This document shows positions 7,684 through 16,426 of a stretch of DNA of 24,000 bases, one piece after another; the stretch's first letter is position 1; each line of letters starts with the position of its first letter. The position numbers were made by a program, and so were the translations under genes. The notes below the pieces were generated by a model. It did no database searches. It was not told the DNA's origin and saw only the letters and a program-made list of their open reading frames with translations. Where the stretch lies: assembly GCA_964434375.1 (NCBI GenBank), contig CAYSUU010000002.1:12896-36895 (forward strand). Reading direction: 5' to 3'. This stretch comes from an uncultured Gammaproteobacteria bacterium (GTDB lineage: Bacteria > Pseudomonadota > Gammaproteobacteria > Arenicellales > Arenicellaceae).

Positions 7684-7698
7684 TCTATATCATATAGA
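7684..7698. promoter_or_regulatory. 15-bp perfect palindrome TCTATATcATATAGA in the divergent regulator/operon intergenic region; candidate AsnC/Lrp-type operator
   Basis: Read directly: TCTATAT (7684-7690), c (7691), ATATAGA (7692-7698). It lies 32 nt upstream of ATG 7730 and 51 nt upstream of the regulator start. Lrp-family sites are AT-rich ~15-bp dyads. Confidence 0.35.
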
Positions 7699-7729
7699 TT
7701 GAATTAACGAATAATAAGTATTGGTAATC

Positions 7730-9490
7730 ATGACAAGCCAAAAGCAAAAACTACTCGCCTCTGCCAAAAAGCTATCACCGAAAAGAAATAGTACTGAAGC
7801 CGAAACTATTCAAGCCTTAGCCGCCGAGCAGTTAGCGCATTTTAATATTGATGTCGACGGTGATTTAGGTCGGGCTTTGTTAAGTTCGGTTGAGCGAGTC
7901 TATCAGTGCCATGGCGATATAGAGCTCATGTGGCAAGAGGCGCAGGCGAGTATGCATGCACTTGAGCACGATGAGAAGGCGGCACTTTTTAATGCTAAAA
8001 AATTCTTGTCATTCCAGCTTGCAAAAGTGTTAGATACGCTGCAAAACCCGTTCCGAAGTAGCTATCAAAGCCTTGGTTATAGTCAGTCGACCCTGAGTGC
8101 AAAATCCTCGTATCCAGTGTTTGATAACGTTAATGCGATATTCTCAGCGACGCCGGCCATTACACGCACTGCTACCTATATTTACGCCTGTGCTGAATGG
8201 ATAGGTGATGCCTTTGAAGGCAAAGAGATGATGCTCGATATTTATTCTCGACTGTTAAACCCAACTTCTATTTCTCTAGCCAACCATATTGTCGACTTAG
8301 AAGCTGGGCCGTATACGGGGGAGTATCTTGCGTGGAACTTTAATAGTGGTATGGCGGCTATTGATGCAACTCTATCGCACGTCTTGGGTCATGAAGACAT
8401 TCTCATCGCTAGCCAAAATATCTACGGTGGTGCACACCAACTTATTCATGATTGGTTTGCTAAACCCTCTAATTTGAACGTCGCAGTCAAACAATTTGGC
8501 GGTGAGGAAACTCAAGGTTTTATAGATGCACTTGCTGAAGTAAAAGAGACTTACGCCGATCGTTTAGGCGCTGGCAAACAAATCTATCTCTATATAGAGT
8601 CGCCTTGCAATCCGCATGGTTACGTATTGGATGTGCCAGAGCTTTGCCGCTTGGCTCATGAAGCCGGTGTACGTGTAATTTTAGATGCGACCGTGGGCAC
8701 TCCATTTTTGGCACAACCATTGCAACGCGAAAAAAGTGAAGAGCGGCCAGACTTTGTTATTCACAGTTACACCAAAGACCTTACCGGATCAGGATCAGTT
8801 ATTGCTGGTTGTGTTATAGCGCGCAACGAAGACATGTTTATTCCTAAAGGTATGGATGGTTGGGATAACACTATGTTTTGGAACGTCTATTATATTAAGG
8901 GCGCATTTTTAAACGCCGATACGGCCTTTGAAGTGATGGCGGGTATGCGTACCCTAGAAGTGCGTATGTTGAAAAAGTGCATTACCACGCAGATATTTGC
9001 AACCTTTATGGATTCTCATCCGATGATTAAGGTCAATTGTAATGGTTTAGCAAGCAATAAAAATCACGAACTCGCACAAAAGAATCTGTTTTTAGGTTTT
9101 CCATCAGGCCTGTTTACGGTAGACATGGGAAAAGAAATACCAGAACAGGCATTTCAGCGTTTCTTTGATTCCTTAGAGCCCGCCTTTTCACATATGATTA
9201 GCCTTGGGCAAACCAATAGCATTGTTAGTTGCCCGGGTTTGACGACTCATTCCGAGCTTAGCCATGAACAACAACAAGAGGCACAAATTTTCCCGACTAC
9301 AATTCGGTTTGCCATGGGTATAGAGAACCCGATAGACTTGATAACCCACGTAATGAGTGCCACAAAACTCTCAATCGATAAGGCTATTCCTGAATTTTCT
9401 TCGCAATTTATGTCGCTCGAAGAAGCACGTAAAATGGCAAAAGAAGTTTATGCTGACATGCACCGTCGATACAGTGATGAGGTGCTTTAA
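7730..9490 (+). CDS. Cys/Met-metabolism-family PLP-dependent enzyme (cystathionine gamma-synthase / methionine gamma-lyase fold) with N- and C-terminal extensions
   Basis: The ORF track starts at TTG 7721; ATG 7730 is more likely. The core contains YSRLLNPTS...FNSGMAAI...NIYGGAHQL...ESPCNPHG...ILDATVGTP...HSYTKDLTGSGSVIAGCVI. The putative Schiff-base Lys codon is at 8774-8776. Roughly 120-150 aa precede the canonical core and ~45 aa follow the GIENPIDLI end motif. Confidence 0.7.
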   Translation: MTSQKQKLLASAKKLSPKRNSTEAETIQALAAEQLAHFNIDVDGDLGRALLSSVERVYQCHGDIELMWQEAQASMHALEHDEKAALFNAKKFLSFQLAKVLDTLQNPFRSSYQSLGYSQSTLSAKSSYPVFDNVNAIFSATPAITRTATYIYACAEWIGDAFEGKEMMLDIYSRLLNPTSISLANHIVDLEAGPYTGEYLAWNFNSGMAAIDATLSHVLGHEDILIASQNIYGGAHQLIHDWFAKPSNLNVAVKQFGGEETQGFIDALAEVKETYADRLGAGKQIYLYIESPCNPHGYVLDVPELCRLAHEAGVRVILDATVGTPFLAQPLQREKSEERPDFVIHSYTKDLTGSGSVIAGCVIARNEDMFIPKGMDGWDNTMFWNVYYIKGAFLNADTAFEVMAGMRTLEVRMLKKCITTQIFATFMDSHPMIKVNCNGLASNKNHELAQKNLFLGFPSGLFTVDMGKEIPEQAFQRFFDSLEPAFSHMISLGQTNSIVSCPGLTTHSELSHEQQQEAQIFPTTIRFAMGIENPIDLITHVMSATKLSIDKAIPEFSSQFMSLEEARKMAKEVYADMHRRYSDEVL

Positions 9491-9529
9491 TCATTATTCA
9501 ACCAATCCAACTGTAACACACAATAGATT

Positions 9530-10726
9530 ATGACTCAGGCGTTTAGTGACCACCTAGAAACAGAGATTACAGCGGTAAGAGACGCTGGTCTTTATAAAGA
9601 CGAGCGACTTATTAGCTCAGCTCAACAAGCTGAAGTGGCCTTACAAGGTGGCGCTCAAGTATTGAATTTTTGCGCTAATAATTACCTTGGTTTAGCAAAC
9701 CGATCTGATTTGGTCGTTGCGGCTAAAGAAGGATTGGATGCGCATGGTTTTGGAATGGCTTCTGTACGATTTATATGCGGAACGCAAGATATTCATAAAG
9801 AACTTGAGGGTAAGCTTAGCGAATTTCTGGGTATGGAAGACACGATTCTTTATTCCTCGTGTTTTGATGCGAATGCAGGTCTGTTTGAAACTTTATTGGA
9901 CGCGCAAGATGCAATTATTTCTGATGCTCTAAATCACGCCAGTATTATCGATGGCGTTCGCTTGTGTAAGGCCAAACGTTATCGTTATGCTAATAACGAT
10001 ATGCTTGAACTTGAAAAACAACTTCAAGCTGCCACTGATGCAGGAGCGCGCTTTAAGCTTATAGCCACCGATGGTGTTTTTTCTATGGATGGTGTTATTG
10101 CAGATTTAAAATCCATTTGTGATCTAGCCGATAAGTACCAAGCTATGGTCATGGTTGATGATTCACACGCGGTGGGCTTTGTTGGTGACAATGGTCGTGG
10201 TACGCATGAGTATTGCGATGTTATGGGGCGTGTCGATATTATTACTGGCACCTTAGGTAAAGCGCTTGGAGGTGCCTCGGGTGGTTTTACCGCAGCAAAG
10301 TCCGAAGTGGTAGAATGGTTACGTCAGCGTTCGCGCCCATATTTATTTTCGAATTCTTTAGCACCCGCGATCGTTAACGCGTCGATTCGAGTACTTGATT
10401 TACTTGCCGAGGGCGATGAATTACGTGCGCAGTTAAGGCGAAATAGTGATCATTTTCGCCAACGTATGAGCGCTGCAGGCTTTACTCTCGCAGGCGCAGA
10501 CCACGCGATTATTCCGGTCATGTTGGGTGACGCTAAACTCGCCGCAGAGATGGCTGCTAGAATGCTTGATAAAGGTATTTATGTGGTTGGTTTTTCTTTT
10601 CCGGTAGTTGCGCGTGACAAGGCACGTATCCGCACGCAAATGTCAGCCGCGCACACTCTCGAGCAAATTGATGCGACCGTTGATGCATTTATTGAAGTTG
10701 GTCAAACCATGGGAGTTGTCGCGTGA
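9530..10726 (+). CDS. kbl: Glycine C-acetyltransferase (2-amino-3-ketobutyrate CoA ligase)
   Basis: The 398-aa ORF is colinear with E. coli Kbl as recalled. Matching segments include [37 protein letters not shown] and [14 protein letters not shown] (PLP-Lys). It is followed by tdh, as in the canonical kbl-tdh operon. Confidence 0.95.
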   Translation: MTQAFSDHLETEITAVRDAGLYKDERLISSAQQAEVALQGGAQVLNFCANNYLGLANRSDLVVAAKEGLDAHGFGMASVRFICGTQDIHKELEGKLSEFLGMEDTILYSSCFDANAGLFETLLDAQDAIISDALNHASIIDGVRLCKAKRYRYANNDMLELEKQLQAATDAGARFKLIATDGVFSMDGVIADLKSICDLADKYQAMVMVDDSHAVGFVGDNGRGTHEYCDVMGRVDIITGTLGKALGGASGGFTAAKSEVVEWLRQRSRPYLFSNSLAPAIVNASIRVLDLLAEGDELRAQLRRNSDHFRQRMSAAGFTLAGADHAIIPVMLGDAKLAAEMAARMLDKGIYVVGFSFPVVARDKARIRTQMSAAHTLEQIDATVDAFIEVGQTMGVVA

Positions 10727-11748
10727 AGGCACTTTCTAAACTACACCCTAAAAAGGGTTTGTGGATGACCGAGGCGGAAATACCTGTCGCGGGCCCCAAT
10801 GATTTATTAATTAAGATTCGTAAAACTGCAATTTGTGGTACTGACATGCACATTTATGGTTGGGACGATTGGTCACAAAAAACCATACCAGTGCCGATGA
10901 TTGTTGGTCACGAATATGTTGGAGAAGTGGTCGAAATTGGGCAAGAAGTGCGTGGTTTTGAGGTGGGTGATCGCGTTTCTGGAGAAGGACATATCACGTG
11001 TGGGCACTGTCGCAATTGTCGTGCAGGGCGTCGTCATTTATGCCGTAACACAATTGGCGTCGGCGTTAATCGTCAAGGAGCATTCGCTGAATACCTTGTT
11101 ATACCGGCTTTCAATGCATTTAAGATTCCGGAAAACATTAGCGATGATATAGCCGCTATATTCGATCCCTTTGGTAACGCTGTACATACTGCCTTGTCAT
11201 TTAATCTCACCGGCGAAGATGTGCTTATTACCGGAGCTGGGCCGATTGGTATTATGGCTGTCGCAGTGGCGAGACATATAGGCGCTCGTCATGTTGTTGT
11301 CACTGACGTTAACGATTATCGCTTAGACTTGGCGCGTACTATGGGGGCCAGTAAGACAATAAATGTGGTTCATCAGAGTATCGAAGATACAATGCAGGAA
11401 CTAGGCATGGCCGAAGGTTTTGATGTGGGTATGGAAATGTCAGGCGTGCCCGCGGCTTTTTCTTCAATGTTAGAGAGTATAAATCATGGCGGAAAAATCG
11501 CCATGCTAGGGATACCGCCTGACGATATGTTGATCGACTGGACGCAAGTAATTTTTAAGGGTCTCGAAATCAAAGGCGTATATGGCCGTGAGATGTTTGA
11601 GACTTGGTACAAAATGGCCAGTCTAATTCAGTCAGGCCTCGATCTTAGTCCGATGTTAACTCATCAATTTGAAGTGGATGATTATCTACAAGGCTTTGAA
11701 CTTATGGAATCTGGTCAAAGCGGTAAAGTAATTTTGAACTGGGGTTGA
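10723..11748 (+). CDS. tdh: L-threonine 3-dehydrogenase (Zn-dependent)
   Basis: The 341-aa ORF is near-identical in long stretches to E. coli Tdh, for example [73 protein letters not shown] and [12 protein letters not shown]. The GTG start overlaps the kbl stop by 4 nt (GTGA). Confidence 0.97.
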   Translation: MKALSKLHPKKGLWMTEAEIPVAGPNDLLIKIRKTAICGTDMHIYGWDDWSQKTIPVPMIVGHEYVGEVVEIGQEVRGFEVGDRVSGEGHITCGHCRNCRAGRRHLCRNTIGVGVNRQGAFAEYLVIPAFNAFKIPENISDDIAAIFDPFGNAVHTALSFNLTGEDVLITGAGPIGIMAVAVARHIGARHVVVTDVNDYRLDLARTMGASKTINVVHQSIEDTMQELGMAEGFDVGMEMSGVPAAFSSMLESINHGGKIAMLGIPPDDMLIDWTQVIFKGLEIKGVYGREMFETWYKMASLIQSGLDLSPMLTHQFEVDDYLQGFELMESGQSGKVILNWG

Positions 11749-11795
11749 TTAATCGATTATGCTTTAGCGAATCACTAACTAACTAAATTTCCGCT

Positions 11796-12740
11796 TTGAC
11801 TAATTCTGTAACAAGCTCTGCACTTAGTCAGCTCATAGATTCTCTTATTGAGAATAAAGAGATCAAAACAAAGTCTTTGATTTCTACTATTTTTGGTGAC
11901 TGTGGTATGCCCCATGGAGGGGCGGTTTGGACAAAAAGCTTAATAGAAATGCTTGAGCCTTTTCAAGTTAAGGAACGCTTGGTTCGTACCTCTTTGTTTC
12001 GTTTGGTGGAAGACGGTTGGCTAGATGGTACGCGCTCGGGCAGACATAGTTATTACCAGCTTGGGGCTTTAGGTGCCAGTCAAACGAGATTAGCCGAGAG
12101 CATTATCTATCACCCAATCGACAGCAAATGGGATGGCCATTGGACGTTGGTTTTTCTTGTGATTAAGCCGGTAAGCCTTCAGGCACGTAGTCAATTGGAA
12201 CAAGAATTGCAGTGGATGGGTTTTGGTAAAGTATCCAATCACGTGTGGGCTCACCCTTTAGTTAACAGCGATGCGGTTCTAGAACGGGTTCGCGAGTTAG
12301 ATATGTTAGACAAAGTGGTTTGTATGCGTTGTTCTAACATCCAAGAATCAAACCACGGCTTTAAAATAGGTGATCGTGAATTGGCTAAACGTTGTATGCC
12401 GATTGACGAGGTGCAAGCTCAATACCATCGTTTTATTGAGCGCTTTAAAGTGTTTAACGTCGGCATAGATAACCTAAATAGCCAAGAGCAGCTAACGCTT
12501 CGAATCTTGATTATTGATCAGTATCGTAAGATCGCCCTAAGTGATCCAGGTTTACCACCTGAGTTGTTGCCAAAAATTTGGGATGGTGCTCTCGCCTTTA
12601 ACATCTCAGCAAACATTTATGCACAAGTTAAATCTGCTTCAGATAGCCAATTTATTAGTTTGATTAATTCTGTGAGTGAATTATCTATAGACAGCGAAAA
12701 ACGACGTTTTGAAGCCAGGTTTTCCATACCAAGAAACTAA
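11796..12740 (+). CDS. paaX: Phenylacetic acid catabolism repressor PaaX
   Basis: The 314-aa ORF is colinear with E. coli PaaX as recalled. Matches are SLISTIFGD vs SLISSLYGD, LVRTSLFRLVEDGWL vs IRTALFRLNKEGWL, WDGHW vs WDGKW, and DPGLPPELLP vs DPLLPEELLP. The TTG start has no evident SD, so the start is uncertain. Confidence 0.85.
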   Translation: MTNSVTSSALSQLIDSLIENKEIKTKSLISTIFGDCGMPHGGAVWTKSLIEMLEPFQVKERLVRTSLFRLVEDGWLDGTRSGRHSYYQLGALGASQTRLAESIIYHPIDSKWDGHWTLVFLVIKPVSLQARSQLEQELQWMGFGKVSNHVWAHPLVNSDAVLERVRELDMLDKVVCMRCSNIQESNHGFKIGDRELAKRCMPIDEVQAQYHRFIERFKVFNVGIDNLNSQEQLTLRILIIDQYRKIALSDPGLPPELLPKIWDGALAFNISANIYAQVKSASDSQFISLINSVSELSIDSEKRRFEARFSIPRN

Positions 12741-12760
12741 GATGAATTAGTTAGTCGGCT

Positions 12761-13843
12761 TTATTTTTGGTCATAATCGATGATAACTTTGTCACTCACG
12801 GGATGTGCTTGGCAACTGAGTACGAAGCCTTGATCAACTTCCTCTTGGCTTAAAGAGTAATTAACATCCATTTCGACTTCGCCTTCTATAACCTTGGCTT
12901 TACACGTTGCGCACACGCCACCTTTGCAGGCAAAAGGTAAATCGCTTCGTACCTTTAATGCGGCGTCGAGAATGTTATCCCCACCCCGATGTAAGCGAAG
13001 CTTGCTCGCCTTGCCGTCAATAATAACGGTTAACTCACTGCTATGGGCAAGTTCTTCGCTTGAAAGTTCTTTAGTTCGTTTTGAGCTTTCGATGGCTCTA
13101 AGGTCTTCAGGTGTACCGAATAACTCTGTGTGAATATTAGCGTCTTTAACGCCGTGTTCGAGTAATGTTTTTTGCGCCGCCGTGACCATCTCGAATGGGC
13201 CGCATAAGAAAACATCATCTATGTTGTCGGCATTAATGAGTGAACTCAAAAAATGATCTATTTTTTTTGCATCTATGCGGCCGTTAAGCAATTCAGCATT
13301 TTGCATCTCTTGGCTTAGTACATTGAAAACCCTAAAGCGTTCAGGGTATTTGTTCTTAAGTGCCTCAATGTCTTCTAGAAACATTATTGAATCGATACGC
13401 TTATTGCCGTATATCAAGGTGAAGTCGCTGCGCGGTTCAGTCTCCAAGGTTGTCTTTAAGATCGACAAAATAGGCGTAATGCCGCTGCCCGCAGCGATAC
13501 CAATATAGCGGCCTTGTTTGTTTGCATTAAGTTCAGCGAAGAAATGACCGGCGGGAGGCAGTATGTCGATCGTGTCTCCAACCTTTAGTTCGTCATTAGC
13601 CCAGCTTGAAAAAACACCACCTTCGATCTTTTTGATACCCACTCGAAGCTCTGCATCAGCCACGCTTGAGCAAATGGAATAACAACGACGAACTTCCGCA
13701 CCATTAAGCTCTTTAATCAGGGTTAGATTCTGGCCTTGCTTATAGTGGTATTTGTTTAATGCCGACCCGTTCGGCGAAAGTGTGACTACGACAGAGTCTT
13801 GCGTTTCTTTACTTAGTTTAGTGACAATAGCTTGGTCAAACAT
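12761..13843 (-). CDS. paaE: Phenylacetyl-CoA 1,2-epoxidase reductase subunit (FNR-like plus plant-type 2Fe-2S)
   Basis: 360-aa ORF. Matching segments are RCYSICS, GRYIGIAAGSGITP, FTLIYGN, and the C-terminal ferredoxin motif PFACKGGVCATCKAKV...SCQA. It is the last gene of the paaABCDE block. Confidence 0.92.
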   Translation of the reverse strand: MFDQAIVTKLSKETQDSVVVTLSPNGSALNKYHYKQGQNLTLIKELNGAEVRRCYSICSSVADAELRVGIKKIEGGVFSSWANDELKVGDTIDILPPAGHFFAELNANKQGRYIGIAAGSGITPILSILKTTLETEPRSDFTLIYGNKRIDSIMFLEDIEALKNKYPERFRVFNVLSQEMQNAELLNGRIDAKKIDHFLSSLINADNIDDVFLCGPFEMVTAAQKTLLEHGVKDANIHTELFGTPEDLRAIESSKRTKELSSEELAHSSELTVIIDGKASKLRLHRGGDNILDAALKVRSDLPFACKGGVCATCKAKVIEGEVEMDVNYSLSQEEVDQGFVLSCQAHPVSDKVIIDYDQK

Positions 13844-13846
13844 TTT

Positions 13847-14341
13847 TTAAATCGGTTTAAAGTAATCAAAAGGTTCTAGACAGTCTTTGCATTTCCACAA
13901 CGCCTTGCAGGCGGTAGAGCCAAACTCGCTAACCTTTTCTGTGTTTAGGGAACGGCATAAAGGGCATGCCGCAGTGAAGGTTATTTCCTGCTCGTTAAGA
14001 GCTTCAAACTCACCGGTTCTGCATGGTGGCGCAATACCATAGTTTCTTAGTTTTTCTTTAGCCTCATCACCCATCCAATCGGTTGTCCATGCTGGTGAGA
14101 GTACTAGTTTCACAGCGGACTTTTTATAGCCCTGCGCACTCAAAGCTGCGTTCACGTCTTGGGTAATTTGGTCCATTGCTGGGCAACCAGAGTAGGTTGG
14201 CGTAATAGACACCACCACCGTGTCATCCTCGACTTTTACGTCACGCAGGATCCCCATTTCATCGATGCTCAGCACCGGGATTTCGGGGTCGGTAACATTT
14301 GCGAGTATGTTACGCAAATGTTGTAAATCTGTGTTTTGCAT
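13847..14341 (-). CDS. paaD: Phenylacetyl-CoA epoxidase subunit PaaD
   Basis: The ORF track begins at TTG 14350 and overlaps paaC. ATG 14341 (MQNTDLQHL...) lies 2 nt after the paaC TAG (TAGTGATG) and is preferred. It has the TPTYSGCPA motif and a C-terminal Cys cluster (CPLCRS...CKDC). Confidence 0.88.
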   Translation of the reverse strand: MQNTDLQHLRNILANVTDPEIPVLSIDEMGILRDVKVEDDTVVVSITPTYSGCPAMDQITQDVNAALSAQGYKKSAVKLVLSPAWTTDWMGDEAKEKLRNYGIAPPCRTGEFEALNEQEITFTAACPLCRSLNTEKVSEFGSTACKALWKCKDCLEPFDYFKPI

Positions 14342-14343
14342 CA

Positions 14344-15102
14344 CTACCAAGTCAGTCCAGGCATACTGCGTGGTAGGATTTGCATCTCAGCTAATAGGTA
14401 TCCCATGTGCTGTGAATGCATGCCTTCGCGGCCACCGAGTTGCAAAAACGCCTGCTCAGGTATGTTAAGTGTTGCGTCTACAAGAGTGGCATGCACTTGA
14501 GTTTCCCAAGCATTTTTCACGAGCTCTAGGTTTACTCCAATGTTGGCCTTTAACAACTTTTCATCGAGTTCGTCGGCGGCAAACATCTCTGGAGTAAACA
14601 ACCACATGTTGTTTACAGCAGTTTGCATACGTTCGTGGCTCAATTGTGTACCGTCACCCAAACGTTTAATCCATGTAGAACTATGGCGCACATGATATTT
14701 GGCTTCCTTAACGGATTTAGCCGCAATGTCTGCTAAGCGTTGATCTTTAGAGCTTAATAGCTGTTGTAGATATTCGAGATGCCATACATCGTAAAAATAT
14801 TGGCGCGCCATGGTGTCCGCAAAGTTACCATTGGGTTGCTCTACCAAAAGAAAATTACTCCATTGGCGTTCATCGCGCATAAACACAAGCTCATCTTCAT
14901 TTGTCGGTATATCCGATAGTTCGGCCGCGTACTGATAGAGAGATCGGGCTTGACCGATCATATCTAAGCCGATGTTGGTAAGCGCAATGTCTTCTTCAAG
15001 CTCAGGCGCTTTAGCGGCCCACTGACATAGGCGTTGACACAAAATCATTGCGTTGTCAGCTTGGCGTAATACGTAGGTATATAAATCTTGATTATCAATC
15101 AT
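14344..15102 (-). CDS. paaC: Phenylacetyl-CoA epoxidase subunit PaaC
   Basis: The 252-aa ORF is colinear with E. coli PaaC, for example YTYVLRQADNAMILCQRL vs YTLRLGDNCLVLSQRL, FLLVEQPNGNFADT, and the C-terminal PG..W. Confidence 0.92.
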   Translation of the reverse strand: MIDNQDLYTYVLRQADNAMILCQRLCQWAAKAPELEEDIALTNIGLDMIGQARSLYQYAAELSDIPTNEDELVFMRDERQWSNFLLVEQPNGNFADTMARQYFYDVWHLEYLQQLLSSKDQRLADIAAKSVKEAKYHVRHSSTWIKRLGDGTQLSHERMQTAVNNMWLFTPEMFAADELDEKLLKANIGVNLELVKNAWETQVHATLVDATLNIPEQAFLQLGGREGMHSQHMGYLLAEMQILPRSMPGLTW

Positions 15103-15117
15103 AGTAATGCTCCATGT

Positions 15118-15408
15118 TTACATATGCTCGAGTTCGTCTGGCAACTTATAAAACGTTGGATGACGATAAATTTTGTCTTCTGCAGGGTCAAATAAGGCGC
15201 CTTTTTCATCAGCATCAGATGCAACGATTTGGCTAGAAGGGACCACCCAAATACTCACGCCTTCTTGGCGCCTAGTATACAAGTCACGCGCATTTTGAAT
15301 GGCCATTTCCGCATCAGCCGCGCGTAAGCTACCCGCGTGCTTATGATCGATGCCACGGTTGTTACGGATGAATACTTCCCATAAAGGGTAATTATTTTTA
15401 GTGCTCAT
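15118..15408 (-). CDS. paaB: Phenylacetyl-CoA epoxidase subunit PaaB
   Basis: 96-aa ORF matching E. coli PaaB in PLWEVFIR, HKHAGSLRAAD, ARDLYTRR, SIWVV and YRHPTFY...EHM. Confidence 0.93.
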   Translation of the reverse strand: MSTKNNYPLWEVFIRNNRGIDHKHAGSLRAADAEMAIQNARDLYTRRQEGVSIWVVPSSQIVASDADEKGALFDPAEDKIYRHPTFYKLPDELEHM

Positions 15409-15422
15409 AATGATGTCTGTTT

Positions 15423-16412
15423 CTATGCTGCTTTTGTTTGTTTTCGGTTTTGCTTATTTGCATAAGCCATGGCCGCTTCACGAACCCATTCGCCGCCTTC
15501 GTGGGCAGCGCGGCGGCTCTCTACTCTAAGTTTATTGCATGGGCCATTGCCCTTAACCACATTAAAGAACTCCTTCCAATCGGGTTCGCCATAATCATAG
15601 TGGCCACGTTCTTCATTCCATTTAAGGTCTGGGTCAGGAACGCTTAAGCCTAAAATTTCAGCCTGTGGTACGGTCATATCGACAAATTTTTGACGCAGAT
15701 TATCGTTCGAGAATAATTTTATTTTCCATTTCATCGACAACTCAGAGTTGGGCGAATCTTCGTCCTTTGGGCCAAACATCATGATCGACGGCCACCACCA
15801 GCGGTTTAGTGCATCTTGCGCCATTTCTTTTTGTTGTTCACTGCCGTTGCATAACGCCAACATGATTTCAAAGCCTTGACGTTGATGAAAGCTCTCTTCT
15901 TTACAAACCCGAACCATGGCTCTTGCGTAAGGGCCATAGGAGGTGCGGCAAAGCGGAACTTGATTGCAAATCGCCGCACCATCGACTAACCAGCCAATAG
16001 CGCCCATATCAGCCCAAGTTGGTGTTGGGTAATTGAAGATGCTGGAGTATTTCATTTTTCCAGCATTCAATTTTTCCAACAAGTCGGTTCGGTCAGCTCC
16101 GAGTGTTTCAGCTGCACTATAAAGGTATAAACCGTGTCCTGCTTCATCTTGAACCTTGGACATCAAAATTGCTTTGCGGCGTAGGCTCGGGGCTCTGGTA
16201 ATCCAATTGCCTTCCGGTTGCATGCCTATTATTTCTGAATGCGCGTGTTGTCCTATTTGTCGTATCAGTGTTTGACGATAGCTGTCGGGCATCCAGTCGC
16301 GCGGTTCAACTCGCGCATCGTCGCTAAGCAATTGCTCAAACTTAGCTTCTTCAGCGCTTAATTGAGGTGTCGGCTCAGCATCGCTTTGACTATTAATGTT
16401 TTTAGTATTCAT
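15423..16412 (-). CDS. paaA: Phenylacetyl-CoA 1,2-epoxidase catalytic (di-iron) subunit PaaA
   Basis: There are long identical runs to E. coli PaaA: [60 protein letters not shown] and [12 protein letters not shown]. The ORF track start is TTG 16418. ATG 16412 lies 8 nt downstream of GAGG and is preferred. Confidence 0.95.
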   Translation of the reverse strand: MNTKNINSQSDAEPTPQLSAEEAKFEQLLSDDARVEPRDWMPDSYRQTLIRQIGQHAHSEIIGMQPEGNWITRAPSLRRKAILMSKVQDEAGHGLYLYSAAETLGADRTDLLEKLNAGKMKYSSIFNYPTPTWADMGAIGWLVDGAAICNQVPLCRTSYGPYARAMVRVCKEESFHQRQGFEIMLALCNGSEQQKEMAQDALNRWWWPSIMMFGPKDEDSPNSELSMKWKIKLFSNDNLRQKFVDMTVPQAEILGLSVPDPDLKWNEERGHYDYGEPDWKEFFNVVKGNGPCNKLRVESRRAAHEGGEWVREAAMAYANKQNRKQTKAA

Positions 16413-16426
16413 GGACAAAACCTCGT

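Noticed and set aside
11746-11775. TGATTA-N17-GAATCA and the 10-bp palindrome TAATCGATTA (11750-11759) just upstream of paaX; considered as a PaaX autoregulatory site
   Set aside because: The 17-nt spacer does not match the ~27-nt PaaX architecture, and the arms match only 5 of 6. A 10-bp AT-rich palindrome partly overlapping the tdh stop is plausible by chance.
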